Source: Alphaproteobacteria bacterium (GTDB taxonomy: Bacteria > Pseudomonadota > Alphaproteobacteria > Rhizobiales > JAKIUO01). From it: a stretch of DNA of 64,000 nt. The position numbers were made by a program, and so were the translations under genes. A model generated the notes under the pieces. That model was not told where the DNA came from. It saw only the letters and a list, made by a program, of their open reading frames with translations, and ran no database searches. The DNA lies in assembly GCA_024280895.1 (NCBI GenBank), contig JAJRPI010000056.1, positions 29,314 through 93,313 of the forward strand. Reading direction: 5' to 3'. Position 1 is the first letter of the stretch; each line of letters starts with the position of its first letter. Positions 56,011 through 64,000 of this stretch are shown here, piece after piece.

Positions 56011-56820
56011 ATGCAAAGAATTATTGCAACATTTTCAATGCTCATGCTTGTGGCATTTGCGTCTGTGTCGGGGGCTGTCGCCGGTGAGCTGAAAATTAAA
56101 GACCTTAAAAAGGGCGATGGTGCCATAGCCGTTATCGGACACAAGGTTTCCGTACACTATACGGGGTGGCTCCTTGACGGTAAAAAGTTTGATTCAAGCC
56201 TTGATCGCGGTAAGCCGTTCAGTTTTACCCCCGGTCAGGGACGCGTGATCCAGGGTTGGGAAAAAGGCGTGTTAGGCATGAAGGTTGGTGGCAAGCGCGA
56301 GCTGATCATCCCGCCCGAACTTGGCTATGGCAAACGCGGCGCCGGTGCTGCCATTCCCCCCAATGCGACTTTGAAATTTGAAATTTCATTGCTCAAGGTG
56401 GAAGCGCCAAAATTTAAAAATCTCTCCAATAGCCAGCTCAAGGACGAACTTAAAAAGGGCACGGTCATTTATGACATTCGCCTCCCCAAAGAGTGGAAGA
56501 AAACCGGCATCATCAAGGGTAGCCGCCTGTTGACATTCTTTGATGAGCAAGGGCAGATCAACCCCGATTTTCAGGATACATTCTCCAAGCAGGTGAAGAA
56601 AACTGACAATGTGATTTTGATTTGTCACGTCGGCAACCGGACCAATGCCATCTCTAATTTTCTCGCAGAACGTGCAGGCTATAAGGGTGTCATGAACGTC
56701 ACCAAAGGTATCACCCATTGGATCAAGGAAAAGAACCCGGTTGTTACGGCAGAAATTCCTAAAGATTGTTGGTTGTGCGGCGAGCGTGTGAATATCAAAC
56801 GGGGCTCAGGGGCCCAGTAA
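56011..56820 (+). CDS. Secreted FKBP-type peptidyl-prolyl isomerase fused to a rhodanese domain
   Basis: Signal peptide. FKBP core (VSVHYTGWLLDGKKFDSS...VIQGWEKG...PPELGYG). C-terminal rhodanese with active-site loop CHVGNRT. Confidence 0.8.
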   Translation: MQRIIATFSMLMLVAFASVSGAVAGELKIKDLKKGDGAIAVIGHKVSVHYTGWLLDGKKFDSSLDRGKPFSFTPGQGRVIQGWEKGVLGMKVGGKRELIIPPELGYGKRGAGAAIPPNATLKFEISLLKVEAPKFKNLSNSQLKDELKKGTVIYDIRLPKEWKKTGIIKGSRLLTFFDEQGQINPDFQDTFSKQVKKTDNVILICHVGNRTNAISNFLAERAGYKGVMNVTKGITHWIKEKNPVVTAEIPKDCWLCGERVNIKRGSGAQ

Positions 56821-56849
56821 CGGGATCAGTGAACAGAGCGCTATGAGAG

Positions 56850-56878
56850 GGGGGAGCTTGGCGGCTCTCCCTTTTTTT
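56850..56878 (+). terminator. Candidate rho-independent terminator
   Basis: An imperfect GC-rich stem (ggggagc...gctctccc) followed by TTTTTTT. Confidence 0.45.
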
Positions 56879-56996
56879 ATGACCACGCACGAAATGTTGG
56901 GATGAATATGGGATAAAGTTAAAAAAACAATTGGTTTCAGACGTTTAATATTGTTGGCGAAAATGTCTTGAATATGTAATATTTTGGGTATTAGAT

Positions 56997-59900
56997 ATGA
57001 TGAATATTCACCTTATAGAACTGGATGGTACCCCCGTGCATAGAAGATTTTCGCTGTTCATATTGGTATCAGGCGTGTTTTTATCGTCTGTTGCGCTTGC
57101 TGACCGCTCACATTTGACGCAAAAAGGTGCTGACATTGCTGGTAATGAGGCGGTAGCCGCCGAGCCTTTATTGTCCAATATTCGCCAGATGACGGTCGTT
57201 GGCAAGCGGGCCGGAGAAGGATATTTTTCTCCCAATGGCCGCTTGATGATTTTTCAGTCCGAGCGAGAGCCTGGCAACCCTTTCTATCAGATGTATCTCA
57301 TGAACCGCGATACAGGCGATGTGCACCGCGTTTCACCCGGTCATGGCAAAACCACTTGTGGCTGGATACATCCCGTGCAGCAAAAGGCCCTGTTTGCCTC
57401 AACGCAAAATGATCAAAGTGCCATTGCCAAGCAGACAGCTGAGCTTAAAATACGGGCGTCGGGGAAAAAGCGCCGCTATAGCTGGGACTATGACGAAACA
57501 TATGAAATTCACGAATTTGACTTCAGCACAGGGCGCTACAAAAACCTTACCAATATGAAGGGGTATGATGCGGAAGGATCTTATTCTCCCGATGGCCGCA
57601 CGATTGTTTTTGCGTCAAACCGCGAAGCGTATAATCATAAATTGAGCGATGCGGAACAAAAGCTGTTTGCCAGGAATGCGTCCGCCTTCATGGAAATTTA
57701 CACCATGAATGCCGATGGCAGCAATGTGAAGCGCCTGACGTCGGCCCCTGGCTATGATGGCGGGCCGTTTTATTCAAGCGACGGTAAAAAAATTGTCTGG
57801 CGACGGTTTTCGCTCGATGGTCGCTCGGCTGAAATTCATACAATGGATGCAGACGGGCAAAATAAGCGCCAAGTCACCAATTTGGGACTAATGTCCTGGG
57901 CCCCGTTCTATCATCCCTCTGGCGATTATATCATTTTTGCATCCAATCGTTTCGGGCACGCCAATTTCGAGTTGTTCATCATGGATGCGCAGGGCCGCGG
58001 CGATCCCGTACGCGTGACAAATTCCAAAGGCTTTGATGGCTTGCCGGTGTTCACGCCCAATGGCAAATCTCTGTCCTGGACTTCCAAGCGCGGTAAAAGT
58101 TCGAGCAGCAACGGTTCGCAGATTTTTATGGCCGACTGGGATGATAGCAAAGCGCGCTTGATGCTTGGCTTGTCAAAGACGGCGAGAGCAGGAAATGCGG
58201 TCGTCAATGCGTCTTGCAAGGATTGCAAGGAACAGATTTCGCGTCTGCGCTGGCATGTTGCAACGCTGACTTCGAAGCAAATGAACGGACGCTTGACCGG
58301 CAGCAAGGGTGGCAAGCGGGCAACGACATATGTGGCGGATGTTTTTCGCTTGCTGGGGCTAAAGCCGGCTGGTGACAATGGCACCTATTTTCAGTCTTTT
58401 ACATTCACATCAGGCGTGTCGCTGGGCGACAATAACAGTCTGACCATCGCCGCCAAAGATCATTCGCTGGGGCCAACCCTTGATGAAGAATGGCGTCCCT
58501 TGTCATTCTCGCGCAATGGGCGGCACAAGGAGAGTGATGTGGTGTTCGCCGGTTATGGCATCCAAGCGCCAAAAACGGACAAGGGCGAGGCGTATAACTC
58601 GTATGAGGATGCCGACGTCAAAGGCAAGTGGGTGCTGATGTTCCGCGGCTTGCCCGGCAATATTAAACCGGCCCAAAGACTACATTTAAGCCGTTTTGCG
58701 CGTTTGCAATATAAGGCATCTGTGGCCAGGTCAAAAGGTGCGATTGGTATTCTTGTGGCGCCGGCCCCCGGGGTCAAATACAAGGATCAGCTGGTCAAGC
58801 TTTCGCTTGATGCGGTCGGTGGGACAAGTTCCCTCAATGCCGTTTCCATCAATACGGAATTGTTCGATCGCATCATGGAACCGCTGGGCAACGGCTTTGG
58901 CGCATTGCTGAAAGCCGTCGATAAAGGCGAAGAAATGCGTGCCACGCTGGTGCCTGATATAAAGATCGCCAGTACCATAAATATCGTTCACCAGAAGAAA
59001 ACCGGACGCAATGTGCTGGCGCGTCTGGCTTCTGGTGCAAAGGAAAACCGTGCTGCCGTGATTGTTGGCGCGCATATTGATCATCTGGGCCGGGGCAATG
59101 TATCTGGTTCTTTGGCACTTGGTGATGATACGAACAAGATCCATGCCGGGGCTGATGATAATGCCTCTGGCGTTGCGGCCTTGCTGGACATTGCCGAACG
59201 GTTCGCCGGGGCTCATAAATTTGGGGCATTGAAACCAGAGCGTGACATTATTTTTGCGGCCTGGTCTGGCGAAGAGCTTGGGCTGATCGGTTCGGATCAT
59301 TTCACAAAGACAATGATCGAGAAAACCGCTGAAAAAGGCCTGTATGGAAAATATACTGCGTATCTCAATATGGATATGGTGGGGCGTTTGCGTGAGCGAG
59401 TAATCCTCAGTGGAATGGGGTCCAGTTCGGTCTGGCCCCATCTTGTCGAGCGTTCAAATGTGCTTGCCGGGCTCAATTTGAAGCTCTCAAATAATAGTTA
59501 TCTGCCAACGGATGCGACCAGTTTTTATCTGGCAGGGGTTCCTGTTTTGCATGCCTATACCGGCTCTCACAAAGATTATCATTTGCCATCTGACACCTCC
59601 GACAAGATCAATTATGAGGGGCTGGCAAAAATCACCACCTTGATGGAAGGGGTGGCCCGCCAGATCGTGCGCTCCACAAAGGCTCCTGATTATCTCAAGC
59701 AGAAAAAAGCAGCAAGAGATGGTGCGCGCCGCGCCGCGCAGGTCTATCTTGGCACCGTGCCCGACTATGTTTCGAGCGGCCTCAGAGGCTTGAAACTGTC
59801 AGGGGTGATGAAAGGGGGGCCAGCTGCAAAAGCAGGCCTTGTTGCTGGTGATGTGATTGTTCGGTTGGCCGATGCCGACATCGAAAATATTCACGATTAT

Positions 59901-60005
59901 GTGCGGGTTATTAATATGCTGAAAATTGGCAAAACCATTAAAGTGGTGGTATTGCGCGATCACAAGAAGCATGAATTTAATTTGACCCCAGCGCCCAAGG
60001 AATAA
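56997..60005 (+). CDS. Secreted multidomain peptidase: TolB-like PD40 beta-propeller + M28 aminopeptidase + PDZ
   Basis: PD40 repeats (YFSPNGRLMIFQS, SYSPDGRTIVFAS, PFYSSDGKKIVW, PVFTPNGKSLSW). M28 motif GADDNASGVAALL. PDZ GGPAAKAGLVAGDVIVRL. Confidence 0.8.
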   Translation: MMNIHLIELDGTPVHRRFSLFILVSGVFLSSVALADRSHLTQKGADIAGNEAVAAEPLLSNIRQMTVVGKRAGEGYFSPNGRLMIFQSEREPGNPFYQMYLMNRDTGDVHRVSPGHGKTTCGWIHPVQQKALFASTQNDQSAIAKQTAELKIRASGKKRRYSWDYDETYEIHEFDFSTGRYKNLTNMKGYDAEGSYSPDGRTIVFASNREAYNHKLSDAEQKLFARNASAFMEIYTMNADGSNVKRLTSAPGYDGGPFYSSDGKKIVWRRFSLDGRSAEIHTMDADGQNKRQVTNLGLMSWAPFYHPSGDYIIFASNRFGHANFELFIMDAQGRGDPVRVTNSKGFDGLPVFTPNGKSLSWTSKRGKSSSSNGSQIFMADWDDSKARLMLGLSKTARAGNAVVNASCKDCKEQISRLRWHVATLTSKQMNGRLTGSKGGKRATTYVADVFRLLGLKPAGDNGTYFQSFTFTSGVSLGDNNSLTIAAKDHSLGPTLDEEWRPLSFSRNGRHKESDVVFAGYGIQAPKTDKGEAYNSYEDADVKGKWVLMFRGLPGNIKPAQRLHLSRFARLQYKASVARSKGAIGILVAPAPGVKYKDQLVKLSLDAVGGTSSLNAVSINTELFDRIMEPLGNGFGALLKAVDKGEEMRATLVPDIKIASTINIVHQKKTGRNVLARLASGAKENRAAVIVGAHIDHLGRGNVSGSLALGDDTNKIHAGADDNASGVAALLDIAERFAGAHKFGALKPERDIIFAAWSGEELGLIGSDHFTKTMIEKTAEKGLYGKYTAYLNMDMVGRLRERVILSGMGSSSVWPHLVERSNVLAGLNLKLSNNSYLPTDATSFYLAGVPVLHAYTGSHKDYHLPSDTSDKINYEGLAKITTLMEGVARQIVRSTKAPDYLKQKKAARDGARRAAQVYLGTVPDYVSSGLRGLKLSGVMKGGPAAKAGLVAGDVIVRLADADIENIHDYVRVINMLKIGKTIKVVVLRDHKKHEFNLTPAPKE

Positions 60006-60030
60006 GTCGGCAACCACACTAAAAACTGTT

Positions 60031-60074
60031 ATAAAGCCTGATGCGATGAAATAGTTCACATCAGGCTTTATTTA
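60031..60074 (+). terminator. Rho-independent terminator
   Basis: Perfect 13-bp stem ATAAAGCCTGATG / CATCAGGCTTTAT (60031-60043 and 60059-60071), followed by TTAT. Confidence 0.6.
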
Positions 60075-60193
60075 TGCTGGTCAAAGGGCTGCTGGAGTGG
60101 TATTTCAAATCGTCAACCATGGATTTTTGCTTTTCGTCTGTTTGAGCAATGCAGCCGGCAAGAAAAACCAGAAATTTCAAACCAGGAGGTTGA

Positions 60194-61711
<1,518 letters not shown>

Positions 61712-61740
61712 CTCAAACCATTCAAACACAGGTCAGATAA

Positions 61741-62160
61741 ATGAATTTTGCATCGATCATATATCCGCTTTTCGTTCAGGTTGCACTGACCTTTTGTTTG
61801 ATGTTTATAATGGCCTTTAATCGGGTGAAGGCTGCTCGGGCGCGCCGTTACAGGCTGCGCGATATCGCGGTTAATTCCGCTAATTATCCAGATGATGTGC
61901 GCAAGTTCGGCAATAGCTACGTCAATCAATTTGAGCTACCTGTACTTTTTTATCTGATCTGCGTCGTGCTGATGATCGCGGGGCCTGGCAATAATAAGCT
62001 TTATTTGATGTTGGCCTGGGCTTTTGTTGCGACACGCATTGTGCATGCCTTTATTCACGTCACGTCAAATAATGTCATTCGCCGCTTTTATGCGTTTTTG
62101 GCGGGGGCGATCACCTTGATTGCCATGTGGGGGTTGTTGGCGTTCGAGCAACTCACCTAG
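61741..62160 (+). CDS. MAPEG-family membrane protein
   Basis: 139 aa with 4 hydrophobic helices. ...NQFELPVLFY...RIVHAFIH resembles MAPEG. Confidence 0.6.
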   Translation: MNFASIIYPLFVQVALTFCLMFIMAFNRVKAARARRYRLRDIAVNSANYPDDVRKFGNSYVNQFELPVLFYLICVVLMIAGPGNNKLYLMLAWAFVATRIVHAFIHVTSNNVIRRFYAFLAGAITLIAMWGLLAFEQLT

Positions 62161-62368
62161 AGCGACTGGCAGCGTTATTTTGCCAGCCTTTCGTGTAGAA
62201 TGCTCCTTTGATTTTCATATTTTGTTAGTCTAAACAATGGATCGGCGCGCACTTGTGCTCATTTGATGCGTGATATGCACGTTTATTGCATTGAGAATTC
62301 CACATACAGGCTAGGTACGTCCTTGCTTGAAATCTGGGTCTCAACAAATAAACGATGAGCAAGTACCA

Positions 62369-63856
62369 ATGATCAAAACACAAAGAAAACCCTCATTCTT
62401 AGAGCGTTTTTCCCGCTCTGCAAAAGGCACAACGGTCGTAATCTTCGCTTTTATGGCCGTTCCCATAATGGCACTGTCGGGAGGAGCTGTCGATTATGGC
62501 ACAGCTTTGCGCGTCAAATCCGAATTGAGCGCGACGCTTGATGCAGCCTTGCTGGCAGCAACGCAAGCCTATGCGCTTGATGATAGTGTCGATACAAAAA
62601 AAATCGTCAATGAGTTTATTACCAGGAACTATACGCTGTCGGGCAAGACATTATTGTCTTCTTCGCTGACGGTGAGTGATCCAACGATCAGCGATGATGG
62701 AGAAATGACCGCGCAGCTCAATGTCAAGGTTGCCGCCAACTTTTTGAAGCTTGTGGGCTTCCCCGAATTTGATTTTTCCCTCAGTTCCTCTGCAATTGTC
62801 GGAGGCCAATCGCTTGAAGTTGCCGTTGTTCTTGATAACACCGGCTCCATGAGTGGTGCCAAATTGGCGGCCTTGAAAGAGGCCGCAACCGACCTTGTTG
62901 AAAACCTCATTCAAGACGGCAAAGATACGGTGAAAATGTCACTGGTGCCGTTTGCCGATTATGTCAATATTGGCGTCGACCACCGGTTCGAGACAGGGGT
63001 TGATGTGCCCGCCGACTTTACCCATTCCTGGGTGGTGCCCGCCGGTACAAAATGCTGGAATACTTATCCGGACTCAACTCAGCAGTGCTCCAACAATCCC
63101 TATCAGGGCACGTGCTATAATGATGGTGTTCCTTATAGCTGCCAAAAGAACAGCTGGTCTTGCACTGGCGACAAGGGCGATCCGGTTCAGCAGTGTCAGG
63201 ATTATCCAGAAAAAGTAAAATCCAACAACTATAGTTGGCATGGTTGTGTTGCATCGCGTCCCCATGACCTCAATGTGCTGGATGAAGATTATGCGACAGC
63301 AGTCCCAGGCCTTATGAGCACCTGGAACTGGTGCAAACAGATCTCTCCGATCACCCGCCTGACCAGTGACAAAGACACAATCACGACCGCTATTGATGTG
63401 ATGAAAGCCAAGCGCAATACCTATATTCCATCAGGTCTGGCATGGGGTTGGCGGACAATTTCTGACAGGGCCCCATTTGCAGATGGTGTTGCCTATAGCA
63501 ATGATGCGGTAAAAAAAGCCATCATTTTGATGACCGATGGCAATAATACCAAGAGCATGAGAAAATGGACCGGTATATCGACGTCCAAAAATGCTGGTGA
63601 AGTATGGGGTCACAATGCGGGCAATGTCGCCGATGCCAATAATATGACATCCGAATTGTGCACCAATATCAAAGCCAAGGGTATTATCATTCACACCATC
63701 GCCTTTGAAGTGCCTGAAGGTTCGCCAGTTGAAACGCTAATGAAAAATTGTGCAGGCAATGGTGGTAAATATTTTGATGCAGATGATAGTGAGCAGCTAT
63801 CAGCCGCCTTCAAGCAGATTGCCCTGGCTTTGCTCAATCTGCGATTGAGCAAATAA
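62369..63856 (+). CDS. TadG/TadE-like N-terminus plus von Willebrand factor A domain protein (Flp-pilus associated type)
   Basis: N-terminal SAKGTTVVIFAFMAVPIMALSGGAVDYG. MIDAS-like DNTGSMSG. Cys-rich insert. TTG at 62327 is an alternative start. Confidence 0.7.
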   Translation: MIKTQRKPSFLERFSRSAKGTTVVIFAFMAVPIMALSGGAVDYGTALRVKSELSATLDAALLAATQAYALDDSVDTKKIVNEFITRNYTLSGKTLLSSSLTVSDPTISDDGEMTAQLNVKVAANFLKLVGFPEFDFSLSSSAIVGGQSLEVAVVLDNTGSMSGAKLAALKEAATDLVENLIQDGKDTVKMSLVPFADYVNIGVDHRFETGVDVPADFTHSWVVPAGTKCWNTYPDSTQQCSNNPYQGTCYNDGVPYSCQKNSWSCTGDKGDPVQQCQDYPEKVKSNNYSWHGCVASRPHDLNVLDEDYATAVPGLMSTWNWCKQISPITRLTSDKDTITTAIDVMKAKRNTYIPSGLAWGWRTISDRAPFADGVAYSNDAVKKAIILMTDGNNTKSMRKWTGISTSKNAGEVWGHNAGNVADANNMTSELCTNIKAKGIIIHTIAFEVPEGSPVETLMKNCAGNGGKYFDADDSEQLSAAFKQIALALLNLRLSK

Positions 63857-63893
63857 CTCCTCGCTCGAAAAGTATCAGATCAATTGACCAAAA

Positions 63894-63921
63894 GGCCGTC
63901 GCGAAAGCGGCGGCCTTTTTC
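63894..63921 (+). terminator. Rho-independent terminator
   Basis: GGCCGTCGC-gaaa-GCGGCGGCC (one G-U pair), followed by TTTTT. Confidence 0.7.
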
Positions 63922-64000
63922 ATTGTGGAAGAGATACTAGGCAAATTGTCGCATTCGGGTTAGGGTGTGAACAGTGTAACCATCGAGAGGAAAAAAAATG

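Overview
This 64 kb window looks like the chromosome of an alphaproteobacterium. Supporting markers are a DUF1013/TrcR protein, a CarD/CdnL regulator, and a direct-repeat GAAC-N7-GAAC SOS box. G+C is roughly 50-55% by hand counts. Most of the window is housekeeping: leuC, guaA, guaB, carD, recD2, uvrA, ssb and uvrB. Several accessory modules are interspersed. (1) znuA and znuCB-zur are divergently arranged around a near-perfect Zur box. (2) A roughly 10.5 kb nitrate-assimilation cluster contains narK, a PP2C/Ser-Thr-kinase gene, nirBD and a nasA-like molybdoenzyme. It is driven by two divergent sigma-54 promoters and bracketed by inverted copies of a composite REP-like element. Unusually, it ends with a DmsB-like polyferredoxin fused to a split DmsC-like membrane anchor. 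(3) Sulfur-oxidation genes are present: a flavocytochrome-c sulfide dehydrogenase pair behind a HAMP-only tandem-sensor protein, a HiPIP, and a clear sulfur oxygenase reductase (SOR) homolog near a periplasmic FKBP-rhodanese fusion and a PiT permease. (4) Five genes (GNAT, uvrA, DUF4258 toxin, small partner, 300-aa DUF3800-like protein) overlap stop-to-start behind an SOS box, and the last three have visibly lower G+C. There is also a higBA pair, dense nested-palindrome REP/MITE clusters, and an internally duplicated His-rich membrane protein of unknown function. I found no rRNA, tRNA, CRISPR array, transposase or integrase. My best candidates for an undescribed system are the uvrA-coupled toxin module, the membrane-anchored nas reductase, and the SOR neighbourhood. 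All function calls come from motif recognition by eye. No database search was run.
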